Source: Bryobacterales bacterium (GTDB lineage: Bacteria; Acidobacteriota; Terriglobia; Bryobacterales; Bryobacteraceae). Taken from it: a stretch of 64,000 nt of DNA. Both the position numbers and the translations under genes were made by a program. Shown here in pieces: positions 10,879 through 19,805 of the stretch (position 1 is its first letter; each line of letters starts with the position of its first letter). The stretch spans positions 127,761-191,760 of the forward strand of contig CAWCJP010000012.1 in assembly GCA_963795925.1 (NCBI GenBank), in the 5' to 3' direction. Below the pieces are notes generated by a model. It made no database searches and had not been told where the DNA came from. It worked only from the letters and a program-made list of their open reading frames with translations.

Positions 10879-13800
10879 TCAGTTAGATTGACTTAAAAAC
10901 TTCTTCATCGGCGCCCAAATCTCCGCCGGCACTCGCAGTGCCGCCGCCTGCGAAATCGCTTGCCGCATAAAGCCCGGCGGGTACGAGCCATCCGCCGAGA
11001 TCCAATAAGCCGCGGGATTTCGAAATAGCCCTACCAGAATCTGCTCCGCTGTTTTGCGCTCGCCGGACGCAATCGAGGCGCGCACCAATGTGCCTGGCCA
11101 CTCCTTGCTGTTCTCGGAGGGCGGAGCGGCCTGCAACAGGTTCAAAGCAGTCCGCGAGCGCCCGGCGGCCAGCGCCAACTCGGCCCACAAGCGCAGAATC
11201 CTCCGCCAATAAATCGGCCAGGCGAATAGCTCCGGCGCGACTCCCGCGGGATCGCTCGCCGGGACTTGCTCCAAGGGACGCTCCGGGGGCTGCTTCGGCA
11301 AGCCGGCTGGAAGACAGGATTGCGCGCCACGGATATCTCCCGCCTGCGCCAGCAGCGCACCCGTATCCAAAGCCGGCCAGATTCCCGGTTTCTCTTGCAG
11401 GATGCCGCGGCAAATTTCCACCGCCTTGGCCGGCTGGCCCTGCTCCAATAGGACTCCCGCCAGCAGATGCTTCTTTCCCGTTTGCACCTGGAGTGGCAGA
11501 CTATTGGCCACATCGAAGCGCAATCCCTCTTCAAGCAGTGCCTGCGCTTCGGCCAGGCGGCCCTGCTCCGCGCGCAAGCAGGCCTCCATCCCGTACGCCT
11601 TGCTTCGATAGGGCACGGACCCGGCTGTTTTCATGCGCTCGAGCGCGGCCCAAACTCCGCCCATATCCATGCGTGCGAAAGCCAGCGCGCTGCGCGCCTG
11701 ATCCGTGCAGTCGGCCGGATTCATTTTCGCCGCTTGATTGAAATCCCGCTCGGCTTCCGGAAGGCGGCCGAGTACCAGGTACTGAAATCCGCGATCGATG
11801 ACGAACGTATAGTTGTCCGGATCTTTTCTAGCCGCCATATCCAGCAGGTGCAGACTGGCTTCCAGGCGCCCCTGGCACTCCACCGCGCGCGCTTCGTGAA
11901 ACAACGGCAGGCCTTCCTTCGGGTATTTCAGCGCCAATTGCGAAAAGACCTGTTCCGCCTTGGCGTTCTGTCCCGTATCCAGCGCGAACATGCCGCGAAT
12001 CATCAAAGACTCGCGGTCGGTAAGATTGCGTTCATCGATCAACTGCGCGGCCCGCTGATAGCTCAGCAGACCCTTATCGAACTCGTAAGAGGCCATCTGG
12101 AAATCGGCCAGCTTGGCCCACGCCTGCGCGAAGCGCGGATCGATGTCGATGGCGCGCAGCAGATGTCCTTCGGCCGCTTCACGCTGGTCGGGAGGCCAAT
12201 CCCGGTCGACCGGGCGCATCTTCCAGGCCTCGATCGCGGCTGAATATTCCTTTAGCGCCTCATAACTGCTGGTGGTCACCTCTTCGGGCGCACGGCTGCG
12301 CGTATTCACCGCCTCCGCCGATTCACCCGCTGTGGCCCTCACCCACGCCACCGCCCGGGCCGCCGCCGTCAACAACCCTTGATCGCTATCCGCGGCGAAG
12401 CTCTTGGGGAACTTCTCCCTGGGGTACGTCGGAGCATCGCCCAGCAATTGCAACTCGAGCGGCAGCACCCAGCCGTCGGCCACCTTCTCCAGATTCCCGA
12501 ACAGCACGAACTGCGCGCCTTCCCGCATCGCGATCTCGCGCGACTCGCTCGGCTCCAGCTTGGCTGGAAACGGAGCGTCTCCGCGCATGCGCTTCCAAGC
12601 TTCCTGAATCCGCCCTGCATCCAGAACTCGCACGTGCGCCGATTGCTCGAAGCCCTTCTCGATCTGCACGTCGAGCGCGCGGGCGTTGGCCGGACTGGCG
12701 GAGACGAACGGTGTAAGCATGATCAGTGGCGCTTCTGGCAGCGCCCGATTATGTAAGCGCGAAACCGCGAAAAAAGAGGACACGGCCACGCTACCCGCGG
12801 CAGCGCCCGATATCGCCAGCCACGCGCGGCGCGAAGGCCGCGTCAGGCGGATGCCGGAAAGTGCCGCGCTGGCGAGCGACGGGCGGTCCCGCAGGTCGCC
12901 GACGAGCGCTGCGGCCGTGCCGTAGCGGCGGGCTGGGTCGCGGGCCAGCGCGCGCGCCAGCACGCGATCCCAATGGCGAGGGGCATTAGGGGCAACTTGA
13001 CTCAGCGGCGGAGGAGTCTCCGTCAATCGCCGGACCGCGGCGCGCACGATGCTTTCCGAGGGAAATGGCCGCTTGCCCGCCGCCATCTCATAAACAATCA
13101 GGCCGAACGCGAAGATATCCACAGCCGGCGTGACTTTCTCGCCCAGGAACTGCTCGGGCGCCATATAATCCGGCGAGCCGGCGATGACGCCGCTTTGCGT
13201 GTGGTACCCTTCGCTCCCGTCGTCCGACCGGGCCAGGCCGAAATCGGTGACCACCGGCCGTTCGCCGCCCCGCCGGTCGCGCGCCAGAATAATGTTGCCG
13301 GGCTTCAGATCCCTGTGGACGATGCCTTCGCGATGCGCGGCGTCGAGGCCGGCGGCAATGCCTTCGGCGAGGCCCAGCACCAAAGAGGCGTCCAGCTTAC
13401 CGCACCTCGAGAGCAGCACAGCCAGCGGATCGCCGTCCAGGTACTCCATTTCCAGGCACACCAGTTCGCGGCCCCGCATGGTACGGGTCAGAATTCCGTG
13501 CACCCGGCAAACATTAGGGTGCGAGACGCGCCGCGCCAGCTTGATCTCATCGTGAAAACGGGCCAGCATGGCCGGATCGGACTGCCATTCCGCGCGCACG
13601 ATCTTAATGGCCAAAGGCTCGCCCAGTTTCAAATCCTCGGCGCGATAGACTTCCCCCATTCCACCGCGGCCGCGGAATTCCAGGATGCGTACGCGGCTAT
13701 CCAATAGATCGCCGGGCTCCAGTTCGAACCGCGCTGCGGCGTTGCCGGATGCGGGTCTTTCCAGGAAGTCGCCGATGCGGTCGAACCGTGAAAGGAGCCT

Positions 13801-13935
13801 CAGGACGCTGTCGCACAGCGCGGAGTCCATGCCGCACGCCTGGCGCACGAAGCCATCGCGTGCGTCCGCGGGCAGTTCCAAAGCATCCGAGAACAACTGG
13901 TTGGCCCGATCGAAGCGGTCGGCCGTGTCATCCAT
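10879..13935 (-). CDS. Ser/Thr protein kinase with a transmembrane segment and a large C-terminal TPR-like domain
   Basis: Intact ORF. Kinase motifs: GRGGMGEVYRA, LAIKIV, HRDLKPGNIIL, DFGLA, SPDYMAPEQ. TM segment: AWLAISGAAAGSVAVSSFFAV. About 550 aa of TPR-like repeats follow. I prefer ATG 13935 (MDDTADRF) over the ORF-track start at 13959. Confidence 0.9.
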   Translation of the reverse strand: MDDTADRFDRANQLFSDALELPADARDGFVRQACGMDSALCDSVLRLLSRFDRIGDFLERPASGNAAARFELEPGDLLDSRVRILEFRGRGGMGEVYRAEDLKLGEPLAIKIVRAEWQSDPAMLARFHDEIKLARRVSHPNVCRVHGILTRTMRGRELVCLEMEYLDGDPLAVLLSRCGKLDASLVLGLAEGIAAGLDAAHREGIVHRDLKPGNIILARDRRGGERPVVTDFGLARSDDGSEGYHTQSGVIAGSPDYMAPEQFLGEKVTPAVDIFAFGLIVYEMAAGKRPFPSESIVRAAVRRLTETPPPLSQVAPNAPRHWDRVLARALARDPARRYGTAAALVGDLRDRPSLASAALSGIRLTRPSRRAWLAISGAAAGSVAVSSFFAVSRLHNRALPEAPLIMLTPFVSASPANARALDVQIEKGFEQSAHVRVLDAGRIQEAWKRMRGDAPFPAKLEPSESREIAMREGAQFVLFGNLEKVADGWVLPLELQLLGDAPTYPREKFPKSFAADSDQGLLTAAARAVAWVRATAGESAEAVNTRSRAPEEVTTSSYEALKEYSAAIEAWKMRPVDRDWPPDQREAAEGHLLRAIDIDPRFAQAWAKLADFQMASYEFDKGLLSYQRAAQLIDERNLTDRESLMIRGMFALDTGQNAKAEQVFSQLALKYPKEGLPLFHEARAVECQGRLEASLHLLDMAARKDPDNYTFVIDRGFQYLVLGRLPEAERDFNQAAKMNPADCTDQARSALAFARMDMGGVWAALERMKTAGSVPYRSKAYGMEACLRAEQGRLAEAQALLEEGLRFDVANSLPLQVQTGKKHLLAGVLLEQGQPAKAVEICRGILQEKPGIWPALDTGALLAQAGDIRGAQSCLPAGLPKQPPERPLEQVPASDPAGVAPELFAWPIYWRRILRLWAELALAAGRSRTALNLLQAAPPSENSKEWPGTLVRASIASGERKTAEQILVGLFRNPAAYWISADGSYPPGFMRQAISQAAALRVPAEIWAPMKKFLSQSN

Positions 13936-13964
13936 GGCGGATGTAGTAGCATAGTACAATTCCT

Positions 13965-15096
13965 ATGAAGAGTACCATCGTTGCTGCCCTAGTATTGTCG
14001 ATTTCCTGGTGCGTCGAGGCGCAAACCGGACCTCCGCCCATTCCCGCAATCCAGTCCGTCACCCCCATGGGCTTGGTGACACAAGACCCTGTAGTGCAAG
14101 GCCGCGATGGCACCTACAGTGCGCAAATAGGCAACGTTTCCTATTGGCTCTTCAACGACACCGCGCTGACGGTCGAAAATGCCTCCGGTGAGAATTTCTT
14201 CTCCAACTCACTTTCCTGGACTACCAATCTAAACGCCACCAACGGAATCGACCTGAGCGGCAACCACGTGGATTCCAGCGGCTATCCCACCACGTTTTTT
14301 CCTTTCCCTCCCGGGGAGCTGAAATACAACCAGGAACACGCCGGCAGCGGAACCAGTTGCCAGGTGCAGCCCTGCGGCGCGGAGTTCGCCATCTGGCCCG
14401 GTCCGCTGATCCCCGACCCCGCCCGCAACCGGGCGTTGATCCTCTATGGCGAGATCTGGCGGTCGCCCACGTATTCCGGCTGGGTTTCCATCGGTGAAGG
14501 TATCGCTATCTGGCAGAACGGAAAAATCACCCGGCCGGTGATCGCTCCCGGAACCAGCTTACCCGACTTTGATGTGGCAAGGCAGCGACGTTGGCTTTAC
14601 TTCCGGATGGGTAGTGAGCGGCGAGACGCTCTACACATACGGCAACAAAGGCGTGTTTCTCGCGGAAGATACTCAGATCGCGCAGGTCCCGCTGGCCAGC
14701 GCCACTACCGCCAGTGCGTGGACCTATTACGCCGGAAATAATACCTGGAGCTCGAGCGCGTCGGACGCCGTGACAGTGTTCAATGGTGGGGCCGCGGGCA
14801 GTTCAGTCTTTTACGATAACTTTCTGGGTATGTATGTCGCCATTTATAGCGGAGTATTCAACAGCAACCTTTATTACAACGTCTCTTATACTCCGTGGGG
14901 ACCTTGGTCCGCGGCCACCGAGTTCTACACAGGACTGCCCGCATACCAGAACAATGCCGATTATGCCGCGCTCGCTCATCCGGAGTTTGCCCAAGGCAAC
15001 GGCCAAACGCAGTTCGTCACCTATGTGCAGGATACCGGCTTCCTGGCGCAGGATCTGCAACTGCTGCAAATCGTGTTCGCATCACCCGCGCCTTAG
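13965..15096 (+). pseudogene. secreted hypothetical protein (DUF4185-like pattern); one frame break near 14570
   Basis: Signal peptide: MKSTIVAALVLSISWCVEAQ. Two frames join around ...SLPDF|LMWQGSDVGFTSGWVV... . The C-terminal half is in ORF 14569-15096. Confidence 0.5.
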
Positions 15097-15209
15097 GAGC
15101 TTGTTGAAACACGCGCCCGACTCCCTCACGGTCGCGGCTCTGTAAGTTGCTGCAAACACGCGAAAGGTTTCTGAGCCGCGCGTCGGAGCGAGCGGTCCGC
15201 CCCGCGCGC

Positions 15210-16001
15210 TCAGTGCGACCCGTACTTCAACTCGCCCGCCTCGATCCGCACCGCCAGCCGGTTCTCCTTCGGCGGCAACGGGCAGGTGGCGTACGGCGTG
15301 AAAGCGCACGGCGGATTGTAAGCCTTGTTGAAGTCCAGCACCACTTCGCCGTCTTTCCCCAAGGCCGTATCGAGGAACCGCCCGCTGCCGTAGGTCTCCT
15401 TACCGGAGGTGAGATCGCGGAAGATAAAGGACAGTTCGCCCGGCGATTCTTCCACCGGCGTCAGCCGCAGCTTCTGCCCCGAGATCTCGAACTCCACATA
15501 TCCGGGGCTGGGCGTGTCCTGCACTTGGCCCAGAATATTGAGGATCGGAATCTTCTTCGGCATCGGGCACCAGGCGCGTCCGTGATGCGGTACGCCTCGT
15601 TCACCGGGAAATAATGCAGGCCCGTGAATTCCTTGCGCAGGCGGCTGTCCGGATCCTTCAGGCGGATGCCGTACCGGTCGCCGCGCTGAATCGCGAACAT
15701 GCTCAGGCGGCCCACGTAACCACGTCCGGCGTCCCGCTGGAATCCAGCCGCAGATCGCGCGTCTGCCCATCCATGTGCAGGGTGACCTTGCCGTGCTGCA
15801 GCTCGAAGCTCCGCCGCTTCACCGCCGGTGACCGCTGGCAAATCGATATCGTAGGCAGGACCCGCGCCGAAGCTGTTCGACGCCTTCGTGCAGCCAGAAC
15901 AGTCCCGGCACGGTAAGCCATCCGCCATCCGCCTGAAGCGCCGCCTCGCGCTGCTGCCGCCACTCTTCGATCTGCGCGCGGTAGGAGTCCGCTGCGAACA
16001 T
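15210..16001 (-). pseudogene. DUF1684 domain protein; at least three frame breaks
   Basis: Fragments sit in three frames: MFAADSYRAQIEEWRQQREAALQADGGWLTVPGLFWLHEG; KRRSFELQHGKVTLHMDGQTRDLRLDSSGTPDVV; GRLSMFAIQRGDRYGIRLKDPDSRLRKEFTGLHYFPVNEAYRI; and KIPILNILGQVQDTPSPGYVEFEISGQKLRLTPVEE...GSGRFLD...FNKAYNPPCAFTPYATCPLPPKENRL. Confidence 0.75.
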
Positions 16002-16045
16002 GACCCCGCAAGCAACCACAGCGCAGCCCATGCCGGCAGCCTCAT

Positions 16046-16360
16046 TCAGTCCCCCGCCTCGCCCTCGAGCGCCTGCTCCAGCAACCCCGCGAACTCCTCG
16101 CTCTTGCGGTCCACGCGCTCTTTCAGTTGATTCAGATCCTGCTCCAGGTTATGCAGCCGGTCCGCCAGGTGCAAACAAGCCAGCACCGCGATGCGCGTCG
16201 AATCCGCATTCGGAGACTTGGCCGCGATCGAGAGCATCAGCTCGTCCAGGTGGCGCGCCAGCTCCTCCACTTCGCGCGGATCTCCCGCCGTGAGCAGCGT
16301 GTAAGACTGGCTCAGGATGGTGACGCGGACCGGGCGTTTTTCTGGCGTGTTGGCGGCCAC
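16046..16360 (-). CDS. zapA: cell division protein ZapA
   Basis: GTG start at 16360. VRVTILSQSYTLLTAGDPREVEELARHLDELMLSIA...RIAVLACLHLADRL matches the ZapA layout, followed by a C-terminal coiled coil. Confidence 0.7.
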   Translation of the reverse strand: MAANTPEKRPVRVTILSQSYTLLTAGDPREVEELARHLDELMLSIAAKSPNADSTRIAVLACLHLADRLHNLEQDLNQLKERVDRKSEEFAGLLEQALEGEAGD

Positions 16361-16364
16361 GGCT

Positions 16365-16607
16365 TTAGCCGGCGCTGAGTTGGTCGATCTGCCCCAGCAG
16401 CTTCTCGATGCGGCTGCGCACCTGCTTGCGTTCCGCATGCAGCGTCTTCACCTCATCGGCGAGCTTGGCGGCTTCCGTGCGGGCCTCGGCGGCTTCCTGC
16501 ACGGCCGCCTCTTTTTCCTGCCGCAGACGCGCCACCAACTGCACCGCCTGTTGGATGCGCTGTTCCAGCGTATGGAGCGAATCGGTTTCCTGTTCCACCG
16601 GACTCAT
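16365..16607 (-). CDS. small coiled-coil protein, ZapB-like
   Basis: 80 aa, entirely heptad-like (LEQRIQQAVQLVARLRQEKEAAVQEAAEARTEAAKLADEVKTLHAERKQVRSRIEKLLGQIDQL). Its ATG shares one nt with the rplT stop (TGATG). Confidence 0.45.
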   Translation of the reverse strand: MSPVEQETDSLHTLEQRIQQAVQLVARLRQEKEAAVQEAAEARTEAAKLADEVKTLHAERKQVRSRIEKLLGQIDQLSAG

Positions 16608-16972
16608 CAACTCGCCGCCTCCAGCGCCGCTTTGGCCTTCTCCACCAGCAGGCTGAATCCCGCGGCGTCCGCTGCCGCCACTTCGGCCAGCACTTTGCGG
16701 TCCAGATCCACGCCCGCCGCTTTCAGGCCGTGCATGAATTTGCTGTAGGAAATGCCGGCTTGCCGGCAGCCCGCGTTGATGCGCACGATCCACAGCGAGC
16801 GGAAATCGCGCTTCTTGTTCTTGCGGCCGACGTAGGCGTATTTGAGCGCCTTCTCGACGGCTTCCTGCGCCGCGCGGTTCAGTTTGCTCTTGGTTAGAAA
16901 AAAACCGGACGCGCGTTCTAGCGTCTTGTGCCGCGACGCCCTGCGTTTGGTTCCTCGTTTGACTCTGGGCAC
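16607..16972 (-). CDS. rplT: 50S ribosomal protein L20
   Basis: [70 protein letters not shown] start with an AAGGAG ribosome-binding site. Confidence 0.95.
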   Translation of the reverse strand: MPRVKRGTKRRASRHKTLERASGFFLTKSKLNRAAQEAVEKALKYAYVGRKNKKRDFRSLWIVRINAGCRQAGISYSKFMHGLKAAGVDLDRKVLAEVAAADAAGFSLLVEKAKAALEAAS

Positions 16973-17052
16973 GTTTTCTCCTTATTGACAATTGTCATTT
17001 TGCGGCGGATCGGGCACGTGCCACGCGCACCGTCCACACGCGATTGGCTCCC

Positions 17053-17247
17053 TTAATAGGGGAGCATGCGCTTCAAGGATGGCTGGTTGGTTTCATCGGC
17101 CACCACGGATTTGTGCAGCTTTCTTTTCCGCTTGCGCGACTTCGAGGTAAGAATATGCCGGGCGAAAGCGTGGTTGCGCATCACTTTGCCGGTCCCGGTC
17201 TTCTTGAACCGCTTGGACGCACCTTTATGGGTCTTCAGCTTGGGCAT
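17053..17247 (-). CDS. rpmI: 50S ribosomal protein L35
   Basis: [44 protein letters not shown]. Confidence 0.95.
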   Translation of the reverse strand: MPKLKTHKGASKRFKKTGTGKVMRNHAFARHILTSKSRKRKRKLHKSVVADETNQPSLKRMLPY

Positions 17248-17368
17248 AGATGTTCCTGGATCGTTGCGAACTTGAACTCTAAAAGTATAACACGCGCGGG
17301 TTCATGGACGGACGGCCGGGGTCTCCGCGACAGCCTTCGGGATCAGGGCAGGAGGCGCCAGCCGCCCC

Positions 17369-18905
17369 TCAAAGTTCAGATCTCGAAGCCTTCGCCGCAC
17401 TCCCGCGCCAGTTGGTGAACGACTCTCTGATGACATGGAAAACCGTGCCCCGGTTTTCCGCGATCGCTTTCAGCCACGCCCAGGCGCCCTTGTTCGGAAA
17501 GTAAATGCCGCGGAAAAACAACCGTGCGATCAAATGGCTGATCTTGTACGGGGCCGGCTCGTTCGCGATGGAATCGATGGCTTCGCGCGTGGCCGCCGGG
17601 CTGTAGGCGTTCGTCCAGGCATACCGGACTTCGTCCTGCACCTCGGCAACGGTCATGTGCAAAGGCGTGTGCGCCATGTGGAACGGCGCGAAATCCAGCC
17701 AGTGCTTCGGCCGCGTCAGCCGCCCCTCTTTCTCCAGACGCGTGTAAAGCGGCGTGGCCGGAAATGGCGTGATCTGTCCGAAGACCGGCAGCACCGGCGG
17801 CCATTCGCGAATCTGGCTCAGCGTGCGCTCGGCAACTCCCGGCCGTGTCGTTATCCAGGCCGAAGATGAACGACGTGATCGCATAAATGTTCCGCCGCGC
17901 CAATCGCTCCAGCACGGCGGCGTACTCGCCGGGCTTGTTGAAGCTCTTGTTGACGCTGGCCAGATTCGCCGGGTCCAGCGACTCCATGCCGATGAAGATC
18001 CACCTGCCTCCCGAATCCGCGATCAGGTCCACCAGTTCTTCATCGCGCAACAGGTTGGCGCTGATCTGCCCCACCCAGGAGACTTGCGCCTTGGCCGCGA
18101 TAATGTCGCGCAAAAGCGACTTCGTGCGCTTCCCGTTGATGGCAAAGTTGTCGTCGACAAAGAACACGGCCACCTGCCCCTTGGTCCGGCGGGCGCGCGC
18201 TTTCAACAGCAGCAACTCATCCACAATGCTCTGGTTGGATCGGAACCGGATCGAGTCGCCGAAGAATCCCGTGACCGTGCAGAACTCGCATCCGTAAGGG
18301 CAGCCGCGCCCGGACTCGATCGGAATAATGTGGAACGTTTCCCACTCGCACCGGAAGTGTTCCATGATCGGACGCACGAAGCCCGGAATACGGTTGAACT
18401 GGTCGATGTCCAGCGAGTCCCAAGGGATCTTCGGGTAACTCTGAAGGTCCGGTTTGTGCTCCTGTCCGAACGCATCCACCGGCACGTACCTTTCCTTCAG
18501 TGCGCCGCGCGCCGCGTCGGCGACGATTTTCGGCCAGGTCTCATCCGCCTCACCCAGCGCCACGGCATCGGCATGGCGCGGGCCCCCGTCGCGCCCCAGC
18601 GCCTCGTCCGGCAACTCGGTGACGTGCGGTCCGCCCATCACCACCGGCACTCCGGCGGCGCGAATGGCGTCGGCTACCCGGTAAGCCTTCGCGATCATGC
18701 GGGTCATCGCGCCAATCCCCACCAGCCCGATACCCTTGGCCAGCACGAAGCGCACGATCTCGGCGTCGCTCATCGGTTGCGTGTTGCCGTCGATCAGCAG
18801 CACTTCGTGTCCCGCGGGCGTAAGCGCCTGGAGCAGAAACATCCAGAGGTGCGGCATGAAGTTCGCGGTCACGCCGTTGTCTGGGTTATAGAGCAGAATT
18901 CGCAT
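17369..18905 (-). pseudogene. B12-binding-domain radical SAM protein with DUF4070-like C-terminus; one frame break near 17845
   Basis: N-terminal B12-binding Rossmann region: MRILLYNPD...VLLIDGN...LVGIGAMT...VVMGGPHVT. Radical-SAM cluster: GRGCPYGCEFCTV. The two frames join at GLDNDT|PGVAERTLSQIREWPPVLPVFGQITPFPATPLY. Confidence 0.8.
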
Positions 18906-19028
18906 GGATCATCGCCTCGCCACGAAGTCCAGAGCGAACTTGATCCCTGAGCTGGGTTGGAAAGAAATATTACGTTGAGCATTGTAGCACCTTTTACGAT
19001 GGGGGAGTCTGCTGATTTGGCAAAAGAT

Positions 19029-19140
19029 TCAGACGTCGTTGAAGAAACCCGCGGGGCCAGCGCCGCCAAAACGATCAAGAGGTTATGATCGTCGCGACCG
19101 TTTCGCGCCGCCCCGGAAAGGGGGACGTAGTGGTTGCCGT
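19029..19140 (-). pseudogene. remnant: last ~35 codons of a Kelch-repeat gene
   Basis: With one frame correction it reads NGNHYVPLSGAARNGRDDHNLLIVFGGAGPAGFFNDV*. This parallels the 3' end of the intact Kelch gene (NRLIVFGGAGPAGFFNDVWILAQ*). About 50 nt are ~90% identical to 19822-19871. Confidence 0.35.
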
Positions 19141-19153
19141 TACTCCCTGCCTC

Positions 19154-19463
19154 TCAAGATCGCGTGGCCATCACGCGCGGGCTGCGCCGACCATGCATGA
19201 CCGCGACAACCCATAAGGGCTTCTCGTCTGGCGCATAGGCGATCAGATATTCACGCACGAGAACGAAGCGCAAAGGGCGTGACGTGAGGTCCGGGCGTCT
19301 GTGGCCCTGATGGGGGAAGCGGGACCAGGGCGCGAACGGCGCTATGGATTTCCTCCCGGACACGTCGAGCGGCTCGTGGATTAGCTTCCGCGATGTACTC
19401 CCAAATCTCGGTGATGTCCTGCTCGGCAAGGGGATGAAGCGCAAAGCCCTGCTCAGGCGTCAT
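19154..19463 (-). pseudogene. parE: ParE/RelE-family toxin; one frame break near 19325
   Basis: MTPEQGFALHPLAEQDITEIWEYIAEANPRAARRVREEIHSAVRALV joins the other frame as FPHQGHRRPDLTSRPLRFVLVREYLIAYAPDEKPLWVVAVMHGRRSP. It overlaps the upstream antitoxin gene by 4 nt. Confidence 0.7.
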
Positions 19464-19690
19464 TGAGGCGGATGCTTCTTGAGCAAGTCTTCCTCGCTCC
19501 GGCGCAGGCCTTCAAAAAACTCCTCGCCGTCAATTGGTTTCACTCTACCGCTCTTCAGGTCGTCGTATCGGCTGTTAAGAATTTCCCGCGTCTGCGTGAG
19601 CTCGTCAAAATATCCGGCAATGGCATCCTCAACCAGTTCGTCTGGGGCGCGGCCGGTGTCGATCGCCAGTTGGTCGAGCATGGCCTGCAC
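19460..19690 (-). CDS. antitoxin partner of the ParE-like toxin (ParD-like role; fold not assigned)
   Basis: 76 aa, acidic, directly upstream of and overlapping the toxin gene. The C-terminal NSRYDDLKSGRVKPIDGEEFFEGL resembles antitoxins paired with ParE. Confidence 0.55.
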   Translation of the reverse strand: MQAMLDQLAIDTGRAPDELVEDAIAGYFDELTQTREILNSRYDDLKSGRVKPIDGEEFFEGLRRSEEDLLKKHPPQ

Positions 19691-19805
19691 GTCGGGGGTA
19701 AATGCACTTCCACGGGTCCGCTCCTACCTTTCAGGATAGCGGCTCATTAGCCCTTCTGGCTGCCTCAGCTCGGCGAAGGTGCCGTTATTGGGCGCTAATG
19801 AGCCG

